From Octopus sinensis (taxonomy: Eukaryota), in assembly GCF_006345805.1 (NCBI RefSeq), contig NC_043015.1:7254001-7318000 (forward strand): a DNA stretch of 64,000 bases, given 5' to 3'. Position numbers and translations under genes: made by a program. The notes beneath the pieces are model-generated. The model ran no database searches. It saw nothing but the letters and a program-made list of their open reading frames with translations, and was not told the DNA's origin. Of this stretch, positions 1 to 12,370 are shown in pieces; position 1 is the stretch's first letter, and each line of letters begins with the position of its first letter.

Positions 1-99
1 CGATGGCCGGATAACTGAAGATATGGCGGTTTCTGCCCCGATTTCCGAAACTCGGAGTTTTATCATAGCTACCATATAATTGTCACATTATGTTTACAG

Positions 100-321
100 C
101 TGTCAGAAACGTCAGCACGCCGGGCGAAATGCGTAGCCGTATTTCGTCTGTCGATACGTTCCGAGTTCAAATTCCGCCGAGGTCGACTTTGCCTTTCATC
201 CTTTCGGGGTTGATAAATTAAGTACCAGTTACGTACTGGGATCGATGTAATCGACTTAATCCGTTTGTCTGTCCTTGTTTGTCCCCTCTGTGTTTAGCCC
301 CTTGTGGGTAGTAAAGAAATA
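100..321 (+). mobile_element. SINE family A (tRNA-like head plus Nin/Deu-type central domain)
   Basis: B-box-like GTTCAAATTCC, then GCCTTTCATCCTTTCGGGGTTGATAAATTAAGTACCAG and tail ending GTAAAGAAATA; many near-identical copies in the window. Domain name is from recall. Confidence 0.9.
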
Positions 322-332
322 TATATTTACCG

Positions 333-380
<48 letters not shown>

Positions 381-450
381 GGGAATAAAACCAAACTTAC
401 AGGGAAAAATCAGATTTAGGATTGAATCCAATTTTATAGTAAAATATTAT

Positions 451-710
451 ATTATATTAAATTAGAGATAAAACCACTATTAGGCAAATCATACAATGAA
501 AAACTTAAGCCATACATAAGGTTATTTAATTATATTAATTATATTAATTTATATTATTTAATATATAACAAAATTTTAAAAAAAAATATATGTTATATAT
601 TTAAATAATACAAATTAATATTATTAATATAATTAAATAACCTTATTATTGGCTTCAGTTTTTCATTGTATGATTTGCCTATAGTGGTTTTATCTCTAAT
701 TTAATATAAT
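451..710. repeat. Inverted repeat (~89-bp arms) between two (TA)n tracts
   Basis: 451-539 is the near-perfect reverse complement of 623-710; flanked by (TA)n at ~335-375 and ~710-762. Confidence 0.9.
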
Positions 711-727
711 ATATATATATATATAAA

Positions 728-765
<38 letters not shown>

Positions 766-769
766 TCAC

Positions 770-1164
770 TGCAAACTTGCGGTCTTTCCTACGAATGCCA
801 TTCTTTTGTGGCAGCATGTTCTTATCATCAATAGAGTAATTACATACCACTGGACAGATTTCTTCGTTCATTTTTTCGCATTTCCTACAGCAGTTACAAC
901 TAAAAGAATTGCCTAACCGCCTACGATAAACTACACACTCGCTATACTTCATTACAGAGAAGCTTACCAAATGCAGTCCGTGCTTGTAATATTTTGCAAC
1001 ATTGCATTTATTATTAAAACAATATTTAAATCTCGCACTAACTAAACAAGGATTGATAGGAGTCTCTCTGCAATCAATACAGTATTTATATATAATCAGG
1101 TTATTATTGTTAGCATTAATTTAAGTAGCACGTTTCCCATCACTACTCTTTCAAAATTTTCCAT
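770..1164 (-). CDS. Candidate exon of a Cys-rich, probably secreted small protein; either a spliced exon 1067-770 or a first exon with a 1-nt frameshift
   Basis: Frame open from ~1122 through 770: ...YCIDCRETPINPCLVSARFKYCFNNKCNVAKYYKHGLHLVSFSVMKYSECVVYRRRLGNSFSCNCCRKCEKMNEEICPVVCNYSIDDKNMLPQKNGIRRKDRKFA. Ends at donor GCA|GTGAGT (769). Possible acceptor TTGATTGCAG| at 1068. Overlapping frame gives MENFERVVMGNVLLKLMLTIIT*. Confidence 0.5.
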
Positions 1165-1589
1165 ATTTATAATAGATAACGAAATTTCACATTAGCCTTT
1201 ACATCGCATGCAGTTGTATTCAACGACATAGAATATATGCATCATAGCATTAAGTGAAGTGAACAATAGACTTTTGTTTGGACTTTCAAGAAATGGATAT
1301 TATCTTCCATAATATTATTTCATTAGTCATATCTAACACTAATAATCATAGGCGATCAAGTTTTTGCTGATGTTTTCAATCTACAAAAGGCTTCCATTAT
1401 TTGTGATAAAGCGCTAACTCTATTATGAAATATAACATATTTGTTTGTTTATCATTAATACTACATTATTTTTTGTTTAAATTTGATTCTTTGTATTTTT
1501 GATAATAACATTAATAAGTGTAACAATAACAGTAAAGACTAATACGATCAAAAGAACAGGAAATGAAATAAAATACAAGCTACAATAAT

Positions 1590-1684
1590 ATTATTATTAT
1601 TATCATCATAATCTTCATTATTCAATTACTGTTGTCTCATCAATAATAAAGATGACAATACAACAACTATATTAAAAACAACGA

Positions 1685-1754
<70 letters not shown>

Positions 1755-2161
1755 CTGAAGAACAGGAATGAAAATATGAAGACCAAAATAATGATAATAA
1801 TATCAACAAGAAAAAAACAAAACAACAGCAACAACAATAATAATCATCGACATCATCATCATCGCAATCTTCATCATGTTGTTGTTGTCATTACTGTTCT
1901 TATCATAATCATCAAAATTATTATTATTATTGTTGTTGTTGTTACTGTTCTTATCATAATCATCAACATTATTATTATTATTCTCATTATCGTTATTATT
2001 ATTATCATCATTATCATTAATATTATTACTATTATTATTATTATCATCATCATTATAATAATAATTATTATTATTATTATTATTATCATTATTATTATTC
2101 AAAAATTTAGTGTATCACTTCGGGCCAGTGTATATTGGTAGAAGCATCTGGAACGTCTGTG

Positions 2162-2197
<36 letters not shown>

Positions 2198-2340
2198 ATG
2201 TATATATATATGTATTTATATTTATTTATAATATATATATATGTATATATATTTATTATATTATTATATTATTTAATTATATATATATATATATATTTAT
2301 TTATATTTATTTAAGTATATATATATTATATATATCGAGT
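1590..2340. repeat. Compound (ACT)n/(AAT)n/(ATC)n/(ATT)n/(TA)n microsatellite
   Basis: Direct inspection; includes a ~50-bp tandem duplication at ~1876-1980. Confidence 0.95.
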
Positions 2341-2804
2341 AATCATTATGGTATGAAAATAATAATCCATTGTCATTACATTTGGTGTTTTGTAGCTAAT
2401 TGGGTTAACATCAACTGAACCGACATTCGTAAGTGAGGAACAAGAATCAGAATACAAACGACTCTGTATAAATCATGTTTATCATATATTCTAATGTAAA
2501 TACATTAGCTGTAATTTGTTGGAACAAAACTTCGCATTCATTAATTTTGTTCATGTTCATTATGTGCTTTATTTATTGTTCTTGTTGTTGTTCTCGTTTT
2601 GCATCTGTATTATTTATCTATTTGTATTTATTTATATATTTAATTCATGAATAATATGGAAGCAGCTGCAAATATCTCTGACAATAGGTTATTACGCTAA
2701 TGTGATTTTCATAATTTATTATCATCACCATCATCATCACCATCATCATTATCATCATCGTCAACAGCAACAATATGATCATCCTCATCATCATCACCGG
2801 GAAC

Positions 2805-2915
2805 AATGCTTAGCTGCCTTTCGTCCGTTTGTACATTGTGAGTTCAAATACTCATAAGGTCTACTTTGCCTTCTATCTTTTCGGGGTCTCTAGAATAAGT
2901 ACTGGGGTCTATGTA
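2805..2915 (+). mobile_element. Degenerate SINE family A fragment
   Basis: GAGTTCAAATAC...TTTGCCTTCTATCTTTTCGGGGTC...AATAAGTACTGGGGTC. Confidence 0.7.
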
Positions 2916-2934
2916 TGATCTATCTATATATTTC

Positions 2935-3530
2935 AGAGTATGGCTGCTTTGTCATTGCCTATGCCACCGTTTTCCTGTTGTCATTCCAAAGTGTTGGCAT
3001 AGCTTCCAGTGTATACAAATCCTAACTCAGTCATGTCTGTGGATATATTCCTTCTTGTTTCGCCAGAGACAATACGATTTGTTTCTTCCCTATCTTCACT
3101 TATTCTGCATTCACCTATTGTACTTTTCTTATTCCGCAGTTGCCTATTGTATTTTTCATCGAGTGTTTTTGGTGGTTTATAGTGGGGAGGCTTTGATCTT
3201 GTGCCGCAAATAAAATCCCTTCAGTCTCTACTTTTGCATTTCTTTTCTGTTGAATTTACTCCAGTATTTGCCATGTAAGTGCTTTTCTTGCCATCGTTTT
3301 ATCATGGCAATCTAAGTTTTAGCTTAGACTTCAGTTGATTTACGACTTTATTGTTCTTTTTCTTCATAATTGTCAGTTATCAAGATCTCTTTCTTCTATC
3401 TTCCAACTTACTTTGTATTTATAGCTATTTGTACGAGTCTTCCTTGATTCTGAGTTAGATATTTCCGTAATCCTATGAGAGATATTTTATAGTAGTATAC
3501 TAATTGTACAAGGACTCTACATCCTTCAGT
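2935..3530 (-). mobile_element. Decayed RLE-type non-LTR retrotransposon C-terminus (R4/Dong-like)
   Basis: Minus-strand peptides VETEGILFAAQDQSLPT and EYIHRHD*VRICIHWKLCQHFG match the post-RT CCHC region of RLE-bearing LINEs; stops and frameshifts present. Confidence 0.75.
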
Positions 3531-4909
3531 TCGTTGTATATATAAATTTCCTGTCAGGTTTTCAGTGGTGCATTCTAAATTCTGTCATTATTTTCTACTA
3601 TTCCTTACTGCTTTGATCAGTTCAATTCAGTGTCGAATTAAGAATATTGTAGCTGTAACTTATAACTAGGAAATCTACAGGATTCATACCTATTACCTTG
3701 ATTTTCGCATTGAGCTCTGTTTTAAGTATTAATCTTACTCCTCATTCATTTCCCTCCCTGTCTCTCTCTTTCAATTTCTGTGTCATACCTTATCTAGATC
3801 ATTGGTTCCTAATTCTGGCCTTGATCTAATTATTTTATTCCATCTTCTTTATCCAGTATGACAATGTTACTCATATTGAAAATTACTTAAACAGGTACAG
3901 TCCAAAATTTTGTAATTTTTTAAAATGTTTCATTTGTGTATTCCCTGACGTTTTAGATAAATTTTGGAGCAATATTTTATCTTTCTCGCAGGTTAAACAT
4001 CCCTGGTGTCATTATAATTATAATTATCAATATTATTATTATTGTTATTGTTGTTGATGCTGCTGCTGCTGTTATTTCTGTTATCAAGAAGTAGAAGAAA
4101 ACGGCAACAATAACTCGGATGAATGAGTCTACTCTTCGTCATTCGGGAAACTTAGCATGCTTAAAAGCATTTTCCTTGATAATGAATTTATTCTGGTAAC
4201 TGTGATGATTGTTAATATGTTCATGATGGCTTTTCTCTTCTTCACACCTCACATGTCTTGCATTTTCTATAATTTGTTTTCAATGAATGCGTTTTTGTCA
4301 TCATCAATGATACGTAAATCAGAAAACCTCGTAAGTTATCCATTAAGTATTGTATTATCTACCTTCCATATCATATACGCAGTCATAATAATTATTCTTG
4401 TTGCTGTTGTTAAGGTTGTTACAAATCTTATTGTTTCAGATTTTGCTAACTTTATGGAAAATTTAGACTCGCTTGTATAATGTAACAAGCCTTGTCAATA
4501 AAAACCACGCCTACATTTCCAAGAATGTTAATAATTCAAAGAGTTCATTATCACGTGGTTTGCCTATGAATCGATTCCAGTGTCTTTCCAAATTATACTT
4601 CTCTTTTCTTTGACACCTCACCACACACACACGCAGGCGCGCACACACACACACACGCAGGCGCACACACACACACACGCGCGCGCATACTTACTCTAAG
4701 TTTATAAAAGTAGATTTGCACGGTGTAAATGTGTTAATAATCAAAGACAAAATATATATAAAATTTGTTCCATAAAAATGAATAAAAAGACAAAGCTAAA
4801 TGACAACCGTGTTTTCAATACATCATTAAACAAATTCTATTTCTATTTACATGTGTGTATATATAAAGTTAGACATAAATATACCTACATATATATATGT
4901 GCGTTTATG

Positions 4910-4945
<36 letters not shown>

Positions 4946-6672
4946 AATTATATTGTGTGTATATGTATATATATGCATGTATGTAAACGTGTGTGTGTGT
5001 GTGTGTGTGTGTGTTTGTTTTGAATTTGTTTTCATACAAATGTGTTGTTTCATTTTATATATGTTAGATGTATGAAAGTTAGACGCGAAACCGAATGTTG
5101 TTCGTACATAGCATGACAAAGAATCCATTTGAACTGTTCCAACAATTTGCTCTAGTGATCTATCGTTTCTGACACCGACTAAATAGCGTCTATTATTAAG
5201 AGTAGTCACATGATTAAATCACATAGAAATATTGAATATGAAAGTCAGAGCAGTTTGTGGCTTGCTTTGGCGCCATTTCAATCGTCTATACACTTTCATA
5301 TGAAAGAAGTTGGCTTTGCGCCCACTAAAAATATAACTTTATTTTCAGATCCCAATCGAATAAATTCTTAAAATCGAAATTACACCACCATTTAATTCTT
5401 CTAATTTCACATCCAATTCCATTTGGCCTTTTCGGCTTTGCATTCTTTTGTCTTATTGATAATCACTTTTCTTTGCTATTTCTAATATGACGTAAAATAA
5501 CGTAAAAACGAAATAAACATGAACATTCAATGGCCTCTATTTATCAGCACCACCGTTTGATTCCAGTAGAGTAGCAATTTCGACGTGAATCCATATTTCG
5601 GATGAAATGCAAATTTCTGAAAAAGACTTGTCAGAAGAAAAGTCAGCACGTTTATAGAACGCTAGTTGCCTCAGATCTCTAGTGAATTTGAGTTGACTCT
5701 AGTCTGCTACTTCGAAGGAAACTGCAACATTGACCTATTTTGTAGTATAAAAAGCGTTAAACTCTACGGTTTTTTTAATTTAACCTCGACTCAGCTCAAA
5801 AAACATCATTTATTATTGTAATAATTTAAGTGCTCCATACTCTGGGAGAAATGCTGCCTGGATACGTTTAATATAATTCTCTGACTGGAATAAGCATAAT
5901 GCCATGCGAATAGGTTTTACCTTTAGAACTACAGGCATGAATAGAGCAGAGGGTACAGAAAAATGACTATTGCCCAAATTACCACACAGTGGGATCGAAC
6001 TACGGATTTGATGATTGTGAAATAAACACCATAACTGTCGATCATACGGCATCTATATAGATAAGGTTATGGAGAAGGGAGGGAGAGAAAGAGAGGGTGA
6101 TGAGAGAGAGTGAGAGATAGAGAGAAACCAAGATTTTGTTTACAAACGAACTGGAGCTATTTGCCGCTTGTGGCACCCAGAAGAAAAAGGTGTCAAATTA
6201 TTGGCTTGAACATTGTGTGAAATGTATATAATATATATTCGCTGATCAATAATATTTTTTATATCTTGCATTTTATACTGTTGTGGCTCACTGATTATAT
6301 ATGCTTTTACTTGTATGTTCATGGTGAAAATCTAGACGTTGTGGTTAAAAAAAAAAAAGAATGTTATTGTTCCGTATATCCGAATTTATGGGGATATACG
6401 AAGGAATGATGAAAAGTTCATTTCTTTAAGGTTAACGCGAAAGCCTGGTTCGCGGCCCAGGTCTTACAAAAACTTAAGTATCGCTGCAATAAATATGTGC
6501 ATCTAATGTGGAAATATTTTGAATAAAACCATAATTAACTGACCTCCTGTATTTTTCTTTTGCCCAAAGCCAGAAAATTTTTAGCATCCCATTGTATATA
6601 CATGCATGCATATATATATATGCGCGTGTGTATTCACACACACACGCACACATATATATATGTATGTATATA

Positions 6673-6965
6673 GTGAAGGCACGTGGTTTAATGGTTAGGG
6701 CTGATCGTGAATTCAAATCCCGGTGACGCGTTGTGACCTTGAGCAAGACACTTTCTTTCACGCTACTGCAGTCCACTCATTTGGCAAAAATGCGTAGTAC
6801 CTATATTCCAAAGGGCCAGCCTTGTCACGCTGAATCTCCCTGAGAACTACGTTAAGGGTACACGTGTTTGCGGAATCCTCAGCCACTTGCACGTTAATTT
6901 CACGACCAAGCTGTTCTACTGATCGTATTAACTGGGACCCTCGTCTCCGTAACCGACAGAGTGCT
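6673..6965 (+). mobile_element. SINE family C (tRNA head plus CORE-like domain)
   Basis: GTGAAGGCACGTGGTTTAATGGTTAGGG...GTGACCTTGAGCAAGACACTT; 3' half matches the 35861-36240 copy in reverse. Confidence 0.85.
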
Positions 6966-8394
6966 CTTTATACATATACACACAAGACACACACAAACAC
7001 AAACACACACACATTGGAACCTTTTTGATCATAGGTCTGCTCAATCACAGTCGAACTGGTGTCTAAACGGTCACAACATAATTTCTTTCATGCAAACCGT
7101 TCTTATTACCAAGAGAAAACTTCTGGACGAGTTATAGAAATGTCCTACATTATTTCAATATAGTGGGTTAAAATGTATATTTATTCGAGTAAGCAATTGG
7201 GTTGAATTATTTGCTTCACTAAATTTATATTCTCTGACGTATATAACTATAATACGTTTCTAATGTCTGTAAATGAAGGGGGATGAAGTTAGCTACACTT
7301 ATGTCTCTCGGTCATATATCCAAATCAATATGAATTAGAGAAAGAAAATTTACTCTTTAAGAAGCTGTAGACTTCGAGGTTGGATGGAAAAGGAAGGGGG
7401 GAGAACGTTTTAAATCATTGCACTTTTGTTTTTATTTTATTTTGTCTGTCTGCAAGGCTTACATACGTACATAAATCAAAATGAAATCATTCAAGTATCG
7501 CAGACTTGTTGTGGACATGAATTCTCGAGAGATTTTAGCGAAGTTGGAGGAGTCACTGTTTTTCGTTTTTGTTTTTCGTTTCTGTCTTTCATGCATAGTT
7601 TAAACCGGACATATTTTCTGATGTGTCGTATATTTAAAGACGTAACGAACTAGCGATTTAACAGACTTAACCAGTGACCTCGTAGAGATTACCAAGGTAG
7701 CAGATGTTGTGGTGATATTAGAAACTATATCTCGATTCTGTTAACAATATCAAATACATGATAAATACATATTAACAACAGCCTCGGCAAAACCACTTTG
7801 GTTGCAGCGACTAATCGTGTTTGCTAGTTCACTTCCTATTTACTGTACTGCATGTTGGTCCATGCTCGTATGGACAGCCATCAGTTTTACATATCACCAT
7901 ATCATTTTATAAAGTTCGACTTTTCTAGGTTTCATAGAGAAAGATGCGTTCTCAGCTGCCCAACTTTCGTTTGCCTTCCATCAATACTTAACCTGACCCT
8001 ATAGTCTTTCATATTTTCTCTATTATCCATAGTTCCTTCTGTCCTTTTCTGAGTAATTCTAAATTATTGATGCAATACCTATATATTACATGAAATAAAC
8101 TGAGCCTCTTCTCAAGTTCTGCCTATAGTTGCTATGATGCACGTCCTTAGTAACACATATATTGATCTCTTCATTACAACTTTAGTATGTGAAAATAAAA
8201 GTGTGGTTATTGTTTTCAAATTTTCAAATAATAGTTGCAGAATTATTTGATGTTTCCCGTTAGCATGTCCTCCTTGGACGTTTAGAAATACCACTAAAAA
8301 ATGTCCAGTCATTAGCACAAGTAATATATGTATACACACACATACATTTATATATATATATATATACATATATATATACACACTTCTTTTATCT

Positions 8395-9224
8395 TTCTTT
8401 TACTTGTTTCAGTCATTAGACTGAGGCTATGCTGGGGCACCATATTTGTTTATAGTCGAATGAGTCAATCTCGGTACTTATTTCTTTGGGTCTGGCACTT
8501 ATTCAATCGGTTTCTTTTTGCCGAAGCGCTACGTTACGGGAAATAAACACACCATCACCGTTTGACAACCGGTGTTGGTGTGTTTATGTCCCCTTGCACG
8601 TTAATTTCACGATCAAGCTGTTCCGTTGATCGTATTAACTGGGACCCTCGGCGAACGATCGACTGTCTAATGATACAAAAACACTCAAATATACATATAT
8701 ATACACATGCATATATATATATATGTATATACATATATATGTGTATATACATACATACATATATATGTGTATATATACATACATACATATATATGTGTAT
8801 ATATACATACATATATATGTGTATATATACGTACATATATATGTATATATACATACACATACACACATATATATATATATCATGTTAAGACAACAACAGA
8901 AAAGAATTAAATAAATATTAATGGATTTTTGTCGGTAATCTGATGGCGCCAATGTAACGTTAACTTGAAGGGTACACATTTTCTTATCAACTGTTAATAT
9001 TAGCCAAGCAGACAAGCTGCAAGAAGTATAGTGATGTCCTTAGAAGTCATATATACATACATATATGACAGGCTTCTTTCAGTTTCCGTCTACCATATCA
9101 ACTCACAAGGTTTTGGTCGGCCCAAGGTTATAGCAGAAGACACTTACCCAAAGTGCCACGCAGTGGAACTGAACCCGGAACTATGTAGTAAGGTTCTTAC
9201 TACACAGGCACTCCTGAGCCTATG
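8395..9224 (-). mobile_element. SINE family B, split by a complex insertion
   Basis: Tail portion 8395-8570 and head portion 9050-9224 match other family B copies; foreign sequence lies between them. Confidence 0.8.
8881..9049 (-). repeat. Inverted duplicate of 10612-10787
   Basis: Reverse complement aligns to 10612-10787 with 5 substitutions, a 1-bp indel and a 6-bp indel (manual alignment). Confidence 0.95.
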
Positions 9225-9874
9225 GTAAAATTATTCCATAGAGAATTAGGGTGAGTGTAATCTGACGGTTCCGGTGGTTGTGGCTACGTTTGTCGTTCAC
9301 CAGTGATGAAAACACTACAAGTCAACGTGAGATGTTCAGTGGTGGTATATTAAACAGTATTCTCTGCTCTAATATGACATCTACTTTAAGGGGGAGATAA
9401 ATATTTCCTGTTGGTATAAATAGTTCATCAGTCGCTATTATTTAATTGTTTACACACAGAGACGAATAATCATAGATACATATACACATAATCACAAATA
9501 CATACATAAATATACACACATATGAATACATAGGTACATACATTCATACATACATTGATACATATACACATAATCACAAATACATAGATACATATAGACA
9601 CACATATGAATAGAGAGGTACATACATTCATACATACATACATACACATACAAATATTCAAATATGCAAAATGCTACTAACGCGAGTTACAAAATCTCTA
9701 CAAATGAGTAAAAAATATTCGCAATGAATAACACAGCATTTTAATTGGCCTCAATCTCCCCCATTCTCATCTATCGCTCATTCTCTCTCTATACATGTAC
9801 ATACATACATACATATATATGTATATGTGTGTGTGTGTGTGTAAGCGCATGTGTGCGAGACTGAGCGTGAGTAT

Positions 9875-10278
9875 ACTCTTACTCTTTTACTTGTTTCAGT
9901 CATTTGACTATGGCCATGCTGGATCATCGCCTTTAGTCGAGCAAATCGACCCCGGCACTTATTCTTTGTAATCCTATTACTAATTCTATCGGTCTCTTTT
10001 GCCGAACCGCTAAGTTATGGGGACGTAAACACACCTGCCTCGGTTGTCAAGTGATGTTGTGGGGAAAAACACAGTCACACAAACTTATACACACACATAT
10101 ATATATACAAATATGCGACAGGCTTCATTCAATTTCCGTCTACCAAATCCACTCACAGGCTTTGGTCGGCCTGAGACTCTAGTAGAAGACAGTTACCCAA
10201 GATGCCACGCAGTGGGACTGAATCCAGATCCATGTGGTTCGTAAGTAAGCTACTTACCACACAGCCACTCCTACGCCT
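9875..10278 (-). mobile_element. SINE family B (tRNA head, CORE-like plus Meta-like domain, internal microsatellite)
   Basis: Reverse complement of the family consensus GGCGCAGGAGTGGCTGTGTGGTAAG...CCTTGTGAGTGGATTTGGTAGACGGAAACTGAAAGAAGCC...TGACTGAAACAAGTAAAAGAG. Domain names are from recall. Confidence 0.9.
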
Positions 10279-11377
10279 ATGTATGAATATATTTATGTAT
10301 ATATGTATGTATGTATGTAGAAGTGTGTGTGTTTTTGCATGTAAGTTTCCTTTTCATCACAAAGACAAATAATGTCTAGTTTCGACGACTATAGTATTGT
10401 AAAAGTCTGGTTATTAATGTCTTATTAACTAATACAGTTCAATATCTTTTTCTCACGCTGATTTCCTTGTCATCGAAATATATGTGCACTAGACAATAAA
10501 ATGTTAAGAAATTAGTGAAATACGTGTTTGAAGACGACAACACGGGTGACAAATTGGATGAATAGTAAACATCATTAGAAAAGCTTCTATATAAGCAGCG
10601 ATGAAGAAGTGTGACTTTTAACGACATCACTATACTTCTTGCAGCCTTGTCTGCTTGGCTAATATTAACAGTTGATAAGAAAATGTGTACCCTTCGAGCT
10701 GAAGTTAACGATACACTGGCGCCATCAGATTACCGACAAAAATCCATTAATATTTATTTAATTCTTTTCTGTTGCTGTCTTAACATGATTTCCTATTTAC
10801 ACATTAAGTTACACATTAAGACTCAGAGAAATTAATAGCTTCGCAGGAAAACCTTTACGTCATCTACCGTGTTACTTTCTAATATTGGTATTTAGCTTCA
10901 ATATAATTTTTGTTCCTTTAGCACTGAAAATGGCTATCGCATAGATTTTCTTGTCATACTACTCTTTAACTTTCAGTAATCAACTTTACATTGATTTTGA
11001 GTTAATTCATTTTTCTGATACTACTATATCAGCCCGCATTATATGTGTTAATGTGACTTTGTATTCACGTTATTGAGGTTTATTAAGTAAAATGCGCCAT
11101 GCAAAAGATTGCACATATACCTTGTGAGTCTATTCTTGTACGGCTGATAAGTAATTCGACATTCAACTTTGGTTAATTTTCCTTCATATCAAGCTGTAAA
11201 ATTTTTTGTTAAGACTGATGCTAACATTTGATATTGTTCAAAGAATTGGAACTTAGTTACTAATATCTACGAAGTCACTAGTTAAGTTTAATAAATCGCT
11301 GTTTCATACCGTCTTTAAATATATGACACATTAAAAAAATACGTCGGGCCTAAAATATTCATTAAAAAAAAAAGATA

Positions 11378-11812
11378 AGCGTAGGAGTGACTGTGTGGTA
11401 AGTAGCTTGCTCACGAACCACATGTTTCCAGGTTCAGTCCCATTGCGTGGCAACTTGGGCAAGTGTCTTCTACTATAGCCTCGGGCCGACCAAAGCCTTG
11501 TGAGTGGATTTGGTAGACGGAAACTGAAAGAAGCCCGTCGTATAAATGTAGATATATATATATGTGTGTATATGTATGTGTGTGTATATGTTTGCCCCCC
11601 CCCCCCTCCCCAACATCGCTTGACAACCGATGCTGGTGTGTTTATGTCCCCGTAACCTAGCGGTTCGGCAAAAGAGACATTTAGAATGAGTTGTAGGTTT
11701 ACAAAGAATAAGTGCTGGGGGTCGATTTGCTCGACTAAACGTGGTGCTTCAGCATAGCCGCAGTCAAATGATTGAAACAAGTAAAAGCGTAAAAGAGTAA
11801 AGAGTAAAAGAG
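11378..11812 (+). mobile_element. SINE family B, full length
   Basis: Head GTAGGAGTGACTGTGTGGTAAG, Meta-like core, and GTAAAAGAG-type repeated tail. Confidence 0.92.
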
Positions 11813-11953
11813 AGATTCATGCAAGTTCATTGTGGCAACACTGAACTATAGATCTTACAATTTATGTTTTGTTCCAATGAATTATAAGAGCATGCAATAA
11901 ATCTACTCATGCAAAGCCTGAGCTCAGATTTAAAATGAAATTGAACAGATATA

Positions 11954-12370
11954 GGCGCAGGAGTGGCTGTGTGGTAAGTAGCTTGCTTACCAACCACATG
12001 GTTCCGGGTTCAGTCCCATTGCGTGTCACCTTGGGCAAGTGTCTTCTATAGCCTCGGCCGACCAAGTCCTTGTGAGTGGATATGGTAGACGGAAACTGAA
12101 AGAAGCCCGTCAAATATATGTATATATATATATATATGTATGTGTGTATATATGTTTGTGTGTCTGTGTTTGTCCCCCTAGCATTGCTTGACAACCGATG
12201 CTGGTGTCCCCGTTACTTAGCGGTTCGGCAAAAGAGACCGATAGAATAAGTACTGGGCTTACAAAAGAATAAGTCCCGGGGTCGAGTTACTCGACTAAAG
12301 AAAGGCGATGCCCAGCATGGCCACAGTCAAATGACTGAAACAAGTAACAGAGTAAAGAGTAAAAGAGAGA
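11954..12370 (+). mobile_element. SINE family B, full length
   Basis: GGCGCAGGAGTGGCTGTGTGGTAAG head through GAGTAAAAGAG tail. Confidence 0.92.

Noticed and set aside
10611-10835. 74-aa ORF with a hydrophobic N-terminus as a gene
   Set aside because: GTG start with no in-frame ATG before the hydrophobic segment and no clear splice context; kept only as part of the inverted-duplication finding.
8395-12370. One large inverted segmental duplication centred near 10.7 kb
   Set aside because: SINE flanks and spacings do not mirror each other; only the 170-bp segment is duplicated.
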